Assembly: GCA_963678065.2 (NCBI GenBank)
Contig: CAXXVZ010000003.1
Coordinates: forward strand, 992,001 to 1,056,000
Origin: Treponemataceae bacterium
GTDB lineage: Bacteria > Spirochaetota > Spirochaetia > Treponematales > Rectinemataceae
Length of the DNA stretch: 64,000 nt
Reading direction: 5' to 3'
Below the pieces are notes generated by a model. It was not told the DNA's origin, searched no databases, and saw only the letters and a program-made list of their open reading frames with translations. Made by a program: the position numbers and the translations under genes. Shown here in pieces: positions 19,598-29,064 of the stretch (the stretch's first letter is position 1; each line of letters opens with the position of its first letter).

Positions 19598-20770
19598 CTA
19601 TTTGAGCAGCTCCATCCCCTCGAAGCTGCGGTAGGGCACGAGTTCGTCGAAGACGAAGCCGTAGCCCGTCGAACCCGCGGGCCGCTCGCCCGAAGATCCG
19701 GCGGCTATGCATTCGGCGAGGATCTTGCCGAGCCCCGGACCGATCATGAAGCCCTGACCGCACATGCCTACAGCCAGAAGGAAGTTGGAGATTTCGCGCG
19801 GATAGCCCACGATCGGGAGCCCGTCGGGAGTCATGGGGTACATTCCTCTCCAGGTCCTCCTGACACGGAGGTTCCGAAGCCGCGGGTAGAGTTCGATCAT
19901 CCTGCGGACACAGAGCGGCAGGAAAGAGGAGGTGGAATCCTTGTCCTTCCCCCAGACCTGCGGCCTCGGCGTTATGCAGAACACGACCTGTCCCGTGCCG
20001 CACTGGTAGAAATAGTAGTTTCCCGATTCGTCGTCGGGGCGTATGTCGACGATCATGGGCCCCATGAATCGTTCCACGGGTTCCGTCACGCCCGCCTCGT
20101 GGCAGTCGGGATGAACCGGGAGCGACACGCCCGCGCAGTCGGCGACCTCGGAGGCATCGGCGCCGGCTGCATTCACGAAGAGGGGCGCCGAATACTCATC
20201 CCTGTCCGTGACGAGGGAGGTGATTTTCTCTCCCTCCGTCCTGAAGGCGCGCACAGTCTCGCCGAAGCGGAAATCGACGCCGGACCGCATGCCGAGGGCG
20301 TGGAAGGCTGTGGAGCTCATGAGGGGCGAGGCGTAGCCGTCTCCGGGGCTGAATGTCCCGCCGATCAACCCGGCGGTATTGATGCCGGGAGCAAGGGATT
20401 CGATCCGCCCTGGACCGATCCAGTCTATGTCGAGGCCGGCCGCCTTCTGGACGACGAGGAGATCCTTGAAGGCTTTCTCCCTGACCTTGTCGTAGGCCAC
20501 GTACATGTAGCCGCCCTGGTGCCACTCTACATCGAGCCCCTGTTCCTCCTTCATGGAGGAGATTATGGCGATGGATTCGAGGCAGATCTTTATTTTGGCG
20601 GGGTCCGAATGCGTTGCGCGTATTCCTCCGATGGCTGCGCGATTCTGCCCTCTTCCCCAGGAGGCTTCCTTTTCTATGACGGTGACGGAAAGGCCCTTGC
20701 GGGAGCAATAATACGCGAGTGGGACGCCGACGGAACCGGCGCCGACAATGACGAGATCGCTCGTGATCAT
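19598..20770 (-). CDS. FAD-dependent oxidoreductase, proline dehydrogenase / sarcosine oxidase beta-like
   Basis: IVGAGSVG, RAAIGGIR, TWRGMYPMTPDGLPIVG, GMCGQGFMIGPG. Confidence 0.88.
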   Translation of the reverse strand: MITSDLVIVGAGSVGVPLAYYCSRKGLSVTVIEKEASWGRGQNRAAIGGIRATHSDPAKIKICLESIAIISSMKEEQGLDVEWHQGGYMYVAYDKVREKAFKDLLVVQKAAGLDIDWIGPGRIESLAPGINTAGLIGGTFSPGDGYASPLMSSTAFHALGMRSGVDFRFGETVRAFRTEGEKITSLVTDRDEYSAPLFVNAAGADASEVADCAGVSLPVHPDCHEAGVTEPVERFMGPMIVDIRPDDESGNYYFYQCGTGQVVFCITPRPQVWGKDKDSTSSFLPLCVRRMIELYPRLRNLRVRRTWRGMYPMTPDGLPIVGYPREISNFLLAVGMCGQGFMIGPGLGKILAECIAAGSSGERPAGSTGYGFVFDELVPYRSFEGMELLK

Positions 20771-22875
20771 GGGGCCCCCCTCTGTGAGGCATCTGCCTCG
20801 ATGCGGGTTTCGCGGCCTTCGTTGACGAGGGCTGCAAAACCCGTCTCCATGTTGACGGGGCGGAGTGTCAGCCCCGCGACCTCGGCGGGGTCGACGCCCG
20901 CCTTGCGGAAGACCTGGGGCAGGAGGACCGAACAGGTTTTGGAACCGCAAGAGCCCATCCCGGCGCGGAGGGTCTTGAGCTGGTTCGCATCCCGGATTCT
21001 GTTTTCCCTGATGAAGGCCACCATCTCTCCCACAGAGATGTGTTCGCAGCGGCAGACTATGGCCTCGTCCGAGAGGGCCGAATAGGCGCATTCGCGCGAA
21101 GGCTCGGTCGCCTCAGGTCTCTGGACGCGGATGCCGATGGCCTTCGTCGCATTCGGGCCCGTCACCTGGAAGGTGAGGAGCCAGGTCTTGTTTTTCCTGT
21201 TCCAGACCTTCCGCAGGAGTTCAGCCTCCTCGAGGAAAGCCCCGTCGGTGTCGAGGAGAGCGAGCTTCGTTCCCGCCGCGAATTCGGCGGGGAACTCATA
21301 GGGGAGCACTACCTCGGCCCAGTCCTCGTCGATCCTGCGCACCATGGAGACGGCGAGTCCGGGACAGATGGCGACGCAGGCCATGCAGCCCCTGCAATCC
21401 GTTCCCTGGTAATATGGAAGATCGAGGATGTTGCCCTTGCGGGCGCGCAGACGTATGGAGTGCGTCGGGCAGACGCTCGTGCAGGGGTTGCAGGGTATCT
21501 CCTCCGTACAGAAGAAGACGGGTCTCCATGAGCTGCCGGGTTTCTCCGAATCGCGGACGATGATCTCTCCGGGACGCGACTTGAGGACTTCCCGTTTGGC
21601 TATCCAGGAGGGATCGATCTCGACTTTGTAGCCGAGAAGCTTGCCGAGCGAGAGAGCGGCGATGCGCCCCCCAAACATGGCGCTGGATGCCTCGGCTATC
21701 TCTTCCGCGTCGCCCGCGCTGACCGCGAGGAAACCGAAGTCGCGGGCCTGGCGGTAGAATTCGTCGCAGGGCGAGAGGCCTGCGGCGACGAGGACGGTGT
21801 CCACCTCGTAGACCCGCGTCGTCTCGGGTATCGGCTTGAAGTCCTTGCCGACGGCCGCGACGACGGCCCGCTGTACCCTTCCCTCTCCCTCGACGGCCAG
21901 GACCGTCGTGCTGAGGTAGACGGGCACGCCCACCCTGACGATCTTGTCGGCGTGGACCTTGTAGCCGTTCACCTTGCCGAGTATCTCGACGATGGCGGCC
22001 ACCTCGATGCCGGCCTGCAGGGCATGGTAGGCGGCTATGAGGCCCACGTTGCCGGAGCCCACGACGAGCACCCGCCTCGCGGCCTTCACCAGATCCCTGT
22101 TGACGAGGGTCTGGAAAGCCCCGGCGCCGTAGACGCCTGGCAGATCGTTGCCGGGGAATATGATGCTCCGCTCGCGGGCTCCCGTCGCCACGACGAGGGC
22201 CGTGAAGTCGACAAGGACGTAGGAAGCATAGTCGACATAGATTCCGGCTTTCCTGTCCTTGTAGATTCCGACGACGGGGCTGTTCGCGAGGATGGTCACG
22301 CTCGGCATGGAGCGGACCTGGGCTTCGAGCGTCTTCGCGATGTCGAATCCTCTCGTCCCCGCGTAGCAGTCGTCCTGGGACCCGAAGAACTTGTGCGTCT
22401 GCAGGACGAGTTTTCCGCCCAATGATGCCTTGTCGTCGGCGACGATGACAGACAGCCCCATCCGCGAGAGCTCGACGGCGGCGGCGAGGCCGGAAGGCCC
22501 ACCCCCTATGACGAGAATGTCGGCTGAAAGGCGCCTCTTTTCCATGTGCCCGGCGGGCTTGTCGTCGGCGGGCAGGACGGGGAGTCCTGTCAGGGTTCTG
22601 ACGTCCATGCCGGCGCGCAGGGGCGTTACGCAGGCCTTGCGCGCCATGCCGTCGACGATGGCTGTGCACTGCGAACACTGCCCGTTCGCGCAGAAAATTC
22701 CCTGCGGCCTGCCATCCCTGGGATGAAGTGAAAAGCGTGTCACTCCGGCTGCGACCAGCGCGGAAGAGAGGGCCTCGCCATCGTATCCCGACAATTCTTT
22801 GCCGTCAAAGTAAAAATTCACAATCACCCGGTTCCTGGGAATCTCCACGACAGGGTGCCCGGCAATCCGTTCCAC
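20767..22875 (-). CDS. multi-domain Fe-S flavoprotein, proline dehydrogenase / sarcosine oxidase alpha-like (2Fe-2S, FAD/NAD, ferredoxin, BFD domains fused)
   Basis: IFCANGQCSQC, IGGGPSG, ATGARE, GSGNVG, CNPCTSVCP, CRGCMACVAICP, VCRCE...GSCGSKTC; SD GGAGG before GTG 22875. Confidence 0.88.
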   Translation of the reverse strand: MERIAGHPVVEIPRNRVIVNFYFDGKELSGYDGEALSSALVAAGVTRFSLHPRDGRPQGIFCANGQCSQCTAIVDGMARKACVTPLRAGMDVRTLTGLPVLPADDKPAGHMEKRRLSADILVIGGGPSGLAAAVELSRMGLSVIVADDKASLGGKLVLQTHKFFGSQDDCYAGTRGFDIAKTLEAQVRSMPSVTILANSPVVGIYKDRKAGIYVDYASYVLVDFTALVVATGARERSIIFPGNDLPGVYGAGAFQTLVNRDLVKAARRVLVVGSGNVGLIAAYHALQAGIEVAAIVEILGKVNGYKVHADKIVRVGVPVYLSTTVLAVEGEGRVQRAVVAAVGKDFKPIPETTRVYEVDTVLVAAGLSPCDEFYRQARDFGFLAVSAGDAEEIAEASSAMFGGRIAALSLGKLLGYKVEIDPSWIAKREVLKSRPGEIIVRDSEKPGSSWRPVFFCTEEIPCNPCTSVCPTHSIRLRARKGNILDLPYYQGTDCRGCMACVAICPGLAVSMVRRIDEDWAEVVLPYEFPAEFAAGTKLALLDTDGAFLEEAELLRKVWNRKNKTWLLTFQVTGPNATKAIGIRVQRPEATEPSRECAYSALSDEAIVCRCEHISVGEMVAFIRENRIRDANQLKTLRAGMGSCGSKTCSVLLPQVFRKAGVDPAEVAGLTLRPVNMETGFAALVNEGRETRIEADASQRGAP

Positions 22876-22896
22876 ACTCGCCTCCACAAACCGAGA

Positions 22897-22914
22897 AATG
22901 CATATAAATGTAAA
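22897..22914. promoter_or_regulatory. ARG-box-like site AATGCATATAAATGTAAA
   Basis: Matches the ArgR/AhrC TGMAT-w4-ATKCA pattern with one deviation; lies in the flavoprotein 5' leader. Confidence 0.5.
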
Positions 22915-22972
22915 AAAACCACAATAATATTTAGAGTGAACATGAAGGATTTAGGACAAAAGTCATTGAGGC

Positions 22973-23001
22973 AGCCTAAGTCGGGGCTGATTCCCTGTCA
23001 A
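22973..23001 (-). promoter_or_regulatory. sigma70-type promoter for the flavoprotein operon
   Basis: TTGACA-N17-TAGGCT on the minus strand. Confidence 0.6.
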
Positions 23002-23024
23002 GCGAAAAACGTATGTTCAATAAA

Positions 23025-23063
23025 AATGAGTAATTATACAGTTTAAAAGATAAGAAATTCATA
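23025..23063. promoter_or_regulatory. tandem ARG-box-like pair
   Basis: Core TGAGTAATTATACA (23027-40) and weaker AGATAAGAAATTCA (23048-61) at 21-bp spacing, between two divergent -35 elements. Confidence 0.55.
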
Positions 23064-23072
23064 TTCTTGCAC

Positions 23073-23101
23073 TTGCGCTTCACAAGAAAGTTGAATACGA
23101 T
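23073..23101 (+). promoter_or_regulatory. sigma70-type promoter for the liv-type operon
   Basis: TTGCGC-N17-TACGAT. Confidence 0.55.
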
Positions 23102-23104
23102 AAC

Positions 23105-23337
23105 GACGGAGGTCGTCCAAGAGCAGTACCGGAACCGCGGAAAGTCCGCGGAGAGGATGTCCGGCCGGGCATTTCAGGCCGAAGGATTCTGACCGCTATT
23201 TTGTTATCAAACAGGAAAATCAGCAAGGAGGTCGCCGGAAAACCAAGAGACCATCCATCTCGCCAGCCCACACCGATGGCAGGCCTTCGCGCCTTGCCGG
23301 ACATCCGAACCCACAGATTATTCCGGAGGGAATGCAT
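23105..23337 (+). ncRNA. candidate structured 5' leader (unclassified cis-regulatory RNA)
   Basis: 11-bp long-range pair 23155-65/23296-306, further nested pairs and three inner hairpins; see findings. Confidence 0.35.
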
Positions 23338-24522
23338 ATGCAGAAACGGATTTTCCTGATCGTTGCGGTATTGGTAATGGTTTGCCTCCCCATGGCGGCA
23401 TTCGGTGCCCCCACTATAATAAAGATCGCCACCCAGAGCCCACTTTCGGGCGGCATGTCGGCGGTCGGAACTGACATCAAGAACGGAGCGCAGCTCGCCG
23501 TCGAGCAGCTCGCCGGCCCCCTCGCCAAACTTGGCTTCAAAGTTGAACTCGCCGCTTTCGACGACCAGGGCAACCCGGACACGGGCGTCGCGAACGCGAA
23601 GAGCATTGTCTCCGACCCCGCCGTCCTCGCCATCGTCGGCCACTACAATTCCGGTGTCCAGATTCCTTCGTCCGAAGAATATCACGCCGCGGGGCTCGTC
23701 AACGTATCCCCCGCCAACACCAACCCCAAGGTCACCGAGCGCGGCTACCTCGAAGTGAATCGCATCTGCGGCCGCGACGATGTGCAGGGCGCCGTCGGAG
23801 CCCAGTTCGCGAAGACCAAAGGCATCAAGAGCGCCTACGTCCTCCACGACAAGACCGCCTACGGCCAGGGAATCGCGGAGTACTTCAAGCGTGAGGCCGA
23901 GAGGCTCGGCATCAAGGTGCTCGGATTCGCGGGAACGGAAGAGAAAGCCAACTTCGACTCCATCCTCTCCCCCATCCTCGCCGGCAAGCCCGAGGCCATC
24001 TACTTCGGAGGCATGTTCGACCAGGCCGCGGTCCTCTTCAAACAGGCCCGTCAGAAGGGTTACAAGGGAATGTTCCTCTCCGACGACGGTTTCGACGCCT
24101 CCGATGCCGCGAAGATCGGTGGAGATACCCTCCTCCAGGGAACCGGAACCTACTTCTCGACAGTATCCGGACCGGCCAGCGCCTATCCGGGCACCGCGAA
24201 ATTCCAGGCTGACTTCAAGAAGAAGTTCGGCGCCGAGCCTCAGCCCTTCGCCGCCCAGGCCTACGACTGCGCGGCCATCGCCCTCAAGGCGATCGAAAAC
24301 GCGGCTGTCGCGGCAAAGAACAAGATGCCGACCCGCGAAGCGGTGAGCGCGGCAGTCCGCGCCCTCAAGGACTTCCCCGGAATCACCGGAACCTTCAACT
24401 TCAACGCCAAGGGTGACCTCAACAAGGCCAAATACTTCATCATCCAGGTCACCTCGGGCGATCCGGCCAAGTGGTCCATGAACAGGATCGACCAGACTCT
24501 GGATATCGAACCGCCCAAATGA
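23338..24522 (+). CDS. HAAT-family (LivK-like) ABC transporter substrate-binding protein
   Basis: Signal peptide, SPLSGG, DDQGNP, GHYNSG, RICGRDDVQG, DKTAYGQG. Confidence 0.93.
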   Translation: MQKRIFLIVAVLVMVCLPMAAFGAPTIIKIATQSPLSGGMSAVGTDIKNGAQLAVEQLAGPLAKLGFKVELAAFDDQGNPDTGVANAKSIVSDPAVLAIVGHYNSGVQIPSSEEYHAAGLVNVSPANTNPKVTERGYLEVNRICGRDDVQGAVGAQFAKTKGIKSAYVLHDKTAYGQGIAEYFKREAERLGIKVLGFAGTEEKANFDSILSPILAGKPEAIYFGGMFDQAAVLFKQARQKGYKGMFLSDDGFDASDAAKIGGDTLLQGTGTYFSTVSGPASAYPGTAKFQADFKKKFGAEPQPFAAQAYDCAAIALKAIENAAVAAKNKMPTREAVSAAVRALKDFPGITGTFNFNAKGDLNKAKYFIIQVTSGDPAKWSMNRIDQTLDIEPPK

Positions 24523-24563
24523 TCCTTCTCTGACCGATACTCTGCCGTGAATCCGGCGACGCA

Positions 24564-24601
24564 GCGACTCTATTCCCGCTCTCGGGCGGGAATGGAGTCG
24601 C
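24564..24601 (+). other. strong intercistronic hairpin after the binding-protein gene (mRNA stabiliser or partial terminator)
   Basis: GCGACTCTATTCCCGC / GCGGGAATGGAGTCGC 16-bp stem with one G-U pair, no U-tract. Confidence 0.65.
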
Positions 24602-24710
24602 CGTGGTCCGGCGCATTTCCGCATGGTCCGGATCAGCCCGCAGCGGTAGGCCGGAACACATCAAGCTTCGGCCGGATTTCCCGGCACCGACAATGCATCC
24701 AGGAGGCTCT

Positions 24711-25886
24711 ATGCGAAGATTCCCGAGATCGGAGGCGCTGCGCGAAATCGTGCTGCCGCTTGGAAGGATGGCTGTGTTCGTCCTTGGAGCGGGGGCCCTG
24801 TTCTCCGCGATCATGATCGTCCTCGCCCTTCTGTCCAAGGGTTCGGGCGCCGACAAGCTCCTTCTCGAGACCCAACAGAGGGGCATCCTGACCTACACCG
24901 TGGCCAACCTTCCACAAACACTCATCGATGGCGTCACGCTCGGCTTCGTCTACGCCGCCATAGCCCTCGGCTACACGATGGTCTACGGCGTCCTCGAGTT
25001 CATCAACTTTGCCCACAGCGAGATTTTCGCAATCGGCGCCTTCTCCGGCGTCGAATTTCTCATCTTCATGGACAAGCTCGGCGTGCTGGCCATGGCAGGC
25101 CCATGGGGAGCCTACCTCTACCTCGTCCTCGCGCTCGCGGTCAGCATGGCCGTGTCCGGCTCGGTCGCGATGCTCATAGAGCGCACAGCCTACCGCCCCC
25201 TGCGCGATTCGCCGCGCCTCGTCCCTCTCATCTCGGCCATCGGCGTCTCATTCGCCCTGCAGGATATCATCCGCCTCGTAGAGAGTCTCACGACGGGTCA
25301 GTTCTACCGGGTCATCCCGACCTTCGGCAATTTCGACGAGAGGATAGCCCTCTTCAGCTTCGGCAACCCGGCCGACCCCGTCCTCGTCGACATCCAGGTC
25401 AAGTCTCTCGTCGTCATCGTGGCTGCCGTCCTCATGCTCGTGGGGCTCAACTACATCGTCAATGCGACGCGGATAGGTAAGGCCATACGCTCGGTTGCCC
25501 AGGACCGCAATACGGCGGCCCTCATGGGCATCGGCGTCAACGGCATCATCGCCTTCACCTTCATGATGGGAGGAGCCCTGGGCGGCGCAGCCGGCGTCCT
25601 CTACGCGCTCAAGTTCACGCGCATCGACCCCTTCGTGGGCTTCATGCCGGGCATGAAGGCCTTCACGGCCGCAGTCCTCGGCGGCATCGGCAACCTGACG
25701 GGCGCCCTCCTCGGCGGCATCGTCCTCGGCATGCTGGAGAGCTTCGCCGGAGCCTACCTCGGGACATTCACCATGGGAAATTTCGGATCGGAGTACAAGG
25801 ACATCATCGCCTTCTCCGTCCTGATCATCGTCATCATATTCCGCCCCTCGGGACTGCTCGGCGAGCAGATATCCCAGAAGGCGTGA
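24711..25886 (+). CDS. livH: branched-chain amino acid ABC permease
   Basis: ALGYTMVYGVLEFINFAH, KAFTAAVLGGIGN; SD AGGAGG. Confidence 0.93.
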   Translation: MRRFPRSEALREIVLPLGRMAVFVLGAGALFSAIMIVLALLSKGSGADKLLLETQQRGILTYTVANLPQTLIDGVTLGFVYAAIALGYTMVYGVLEFINFAHSEIFAIGAFSGVEFLIFMDKLGVLAMAGPWGAYLYLVLALAVSMAVSGSVAMLIERTAYRPLRDSPRLVPLISAIGVSFALQDIIRLVESLTTGQFYRVIPTFGNFDERIALFSFGNPADPVLVDIQVKSLVVIVAAVLMLVGLNYIVNATRIGKAIRSVAQDRNTAALMGIGVNGIIAFTFMMGGALGGAAGVLYALKFTRIDPFVGFMPGMKAFTAAVLGGIGNLTGALLGGIVLGMLESFAGAYLGTFTMGNFGSEYKDIIAFSVLIIVIIFRPSGLLGEQISQKA

Positions 25887-25896
25887 GGAGGACTCC

Positions 25897-27444
25897 ATGA
25901 AAGAGCGGAACAAGAAGGCTCGGGGGGCGGCCCCCGGGAACGCACTTCGGGAATCCATCCAGGCTTCCTTGCGGGCAGCCGCCAAGGCCGCCAATGCGGG
26001 AAAGACACCCTACATTCTGTCCATCGCCCTCATCGCCCTCGGATTCGTCCTCGTCTACCTAAGCCCGCGCTCCATCCCCGCCTTCCTCGTCTTCGCCGGG
26101 GCGGCCGGACTGCCTTACTTCCTCCACATGAACCGGGCTATCAAGCTCGCGCTCGCCGTCCTCGTCGCCGTCGTCCTCGTACCCGTTTTAGGCGCGCGCA
26201 ACATATTCTATCTCGAAGTAATTTTTCAGATTGCGGTCTTCTCGGCCCTCGCCCTCGGGCTCAACATCGTCGTCGGATTCTCGGGCCTCCTCAATTTCGG
26301 CTACATGGCCTTCTACGCGGTCGGCGCCTACCTCTGGGGTTTCTTCGGTTCACAGCAGCCCCACCTCCTCCACGAGATTCCCGGAACCGCACCTCCCGGA
26401 ACACAATTCTTTCTCGCCCCCGACTGGTTCTATCTGTTCATTTTCCTCGGAATCATCGCGGCGGCCATCGTCGGACTCATCCTGGGTCTTCCGGTGCTCC
26501 GTGTGCGCGGCGACTACCTCGCCGTCATCACCCTCGGATTCGGCGAGATCGTGCGCCAGCTCGTGAACAACCTGGACAAGCCCCTCAACCTCACGAACGG
26601 GCCCCAGGGAATTTCCCCGATCCAGAGGCCCACGCTTTCACCCAATGTCATCGCTTTCTTCAACCGGATCTTCGAGCCCCTTGTCGGGAGGCCCGTGACG
26701 GTCAACCAGTTCTACAACATCCTCTTTTACCTGATCGCCCTCATCGTCGTGATCGCCGTCATCGTCGTGACCTACCGCCTCGACAACTCTAAGATCGGCC
26801 GCGCCTGGACTGCAATCCGAGAGGACGAACTCGCGGCGGGAGCCATGGGCATACCCGCCAACAAGCTCAAGCTCGGGGCCTTCGCCGTGGGAGCCTCCTT
26901 CGCGGGAGCGATGGGTGTCCTCTTCGCGGCGAGCAGAACCTTCGTGAGCCCCGAGTCCTTCAACTTCCTCCAGTCCGTCGGCGTCCTCACCATGGTCATT
27001 CTGGGCGGCATCGGAAGCATCCCCGGCGTCATCATCGGCGCGAGCGTCGTCATCATCCTCAACCTCCAGGTCCTGCAGAGCTTCTCCCTCTTCCTCTCCA
27101 GGCTCCGTCAGAGCGACGCGGTGATCCCCATCATCAACTTCGCCTGGAAGAATCTCTCGAACCAGCTCGACCCCTCCAAGTACCAGAGGCTCGTCTTCGG
27201 CATCATCCTCATCCTCATGATGATCTACAGACCTGCCGGCATCCTGCCGGCGACGAGGCGCCAGCGGGAGCTGAAGCGCCACCAGGATGACGAACTGAGT
27301 CCTGAGCGGAATGGACAGCCGGATGACGGCGGAAAGGGCGATGGAAACGGGATCTCCGGGAGCGGGACCGCGAAATCGGGCGAGACCACGGCCCAAGTCC
27401 GCAGAGATGAGGAAAAAGCCGAAAAGGGGGCCGACCGTGGCTGA
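25897..27444 (+). CDS. livM: branched-chain amino acid ABC permease
   Basis: LGLNIVVGFSGLL, RGDYLAVITLGFGEI, GRAWTAIREDE. Confidence 0.93.
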   Translation: MKERNKKARGAAPGNALRESIQASLRAAAKAANAGKTPYILSIALIALGFVLVYLSPRSIPAFLVFAGAAGLPYFLHMNRAIKLALAVLVAVVLVPVLGARNIFYLEVIFQIAVFSALALGLNIVVGFSGLLNFGYMAFYAVGAYLWGFFGSQQPHLLHEIPGTAPPGTQFFLAPDWFYLFIFLGIIAAAIVGLILGLPVLRVRGDYLAVITLGFGEIVRQLVNNLDKPLNLTNGPQGISPIQRPTLSPNVIAFFNRIFEPLVGRPVTVNQFYNILFYLIALIVVIAVIVVTYRLDNSKIGRAWTAIREDELAAGAMGIPANKLKLGAFAVGASFAGAMGVLFAASRTFVSPESFNFLQSVGVLTMVILGGIGSIPGVIIGASVVIILNLQVLQSFSLFLSRLRQSDAVIPIINFAWKNLSNQLDPSKYQRLVFGIILILMMIYRPAGILPATRRQRELKRHQDDELSPERNGQPDDGGKGDGNGISGSGTAKSGETTAQVRRDEEKAEKGADRG

Positions 27445-28231
27445 CAGCGAGTACATCCTTCTCACGAAGGCCGTCGTGAAGCGTTTCGGCGGCCTCGTCG
27501 CCGTGAACAAGATGGATTTCGCCATGGAAGCGGGCCGGATCTACAGCATCATCGGTCCCAACGGAGCGGGGAAGACAACGTTCTTCAACGCGATTTCCGG
27601 CCTCTACAAGCCCGAGGAGGGTTCCATCGTCTTCGACGGCAGGCAGATCGCCCGCATGGCGCCCGAGAAGATCACTGTCCACCACATGGCGAGGACATTC
27701 CAGAACATCAGGCTCTTCGGCGGTATGACCGTCGTCGAGAACATCATGGTGGGCGCCTACACCCGGCTGAAACAGAACGCGGTCCAGGCGGTGCTCGGCA
27801 CCAGAGCCTTCCGGAAGGAAGAGGACGAGGCCGAGAAGAAGGCTGAAAGGCTCATGGAGTACGTGGGGCTCCGCGGTGTCGGCAACGAGCTCGCGTCGAG
27901 TCTCCCCTACGGCGCCCAGCGCCGCGTCGAGATCGCCCGCGCCCTCGCCTCCGATCCGAAGCTTCTCCTCCTCGATGAGCCGACGGCCGGCATGAACCCC
28001 GCGGAGAGCGAGGACGCCATGCACCTCTTCCGGCGCCTGCGGGACGAACTCGGCATCACGATCCTCCTCATCGAGCACGACATGAGGGTCGTCATGAGCA
28101 TTTCGGAGCGGATCACGGTCATGGACCACGGCGAGAAGATTGCGGAAGGCTTGCCGAAACAGATTGCGGAGAATCCGCAGGTCATCGAAGCCTATCTCGG
28201 GCGCGGCGCTGCCGCGTCCATGAACCACTAG
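27437..28231 (+). CDS. livG: branched-chain amino acid ABC ATP-binding protein
   Basis: FGGLVAV, GPNGAGKTT, RTFQNIRLF, LPYGAQRRVEIARAL, IEHDM. Confidence 0.95.
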   Translation: MADSEYILLTKAVVKRFGGLVAVNKMDFAMEAGRIYSIIGPNGAGKTTFFNAISGLYKPEEGSIVFDGRQIARMAPEKITVHHMARTFQNIRLFGGMTVVENIMVGAYTRLKQNAVQAVLGTRAFRKEEDEAEKKAERLMEYVGLRGVGNELASSLPYGAQRRVEIARALASDPKLLLLDEPTAGMNPAESEDAMHLFRRLRDELGITILLIEHDMRVVMSISERITVMDHGEKIAEGLPKQIAENPQVIEAYLGRGAAASMNH

Positions 28232-28242
28232 AGGAGGAAGCG

Positions 28243-28953
<711 letters not shown>

Positions 28954-28956
28954 ACC

Positions 28957-28990
28957 ATCCCGCCGGAAATGGCGGGACTCGCGGCTTTTT
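28957..28990 (+). terminator. probable terminator of the liv-type operon
   Basis: TCCCGCC/GGCGGGA stem just after the stop, with a T-run shortly downstream. Confidence 0.4.
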
Positions 28991-29064
28991 GCTTCCGTCT
29001 CGCGTCTCGGCAGACCTGCACGGTCTGCCTTTTTATGTCCCCGTCGTGGTATAGTATGGGTCTT

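Noticed and set aside
23157..23192. Short ORF MSGRAFQAEGF as an attenuator leader peptide
   Set aside because: SD too close to the ATG, no run of control codons and no terminator
23108..23195. Assignment of the leader to glycine, lysine, T-box or ykkC/ppGpp riboswitch classes
   Set aside because: Only fragments match (GGAGAG, GCCGAAG, AGTA, GGAACCGCG); the downstream conserved elements of each class are missing, so it is left unclassified
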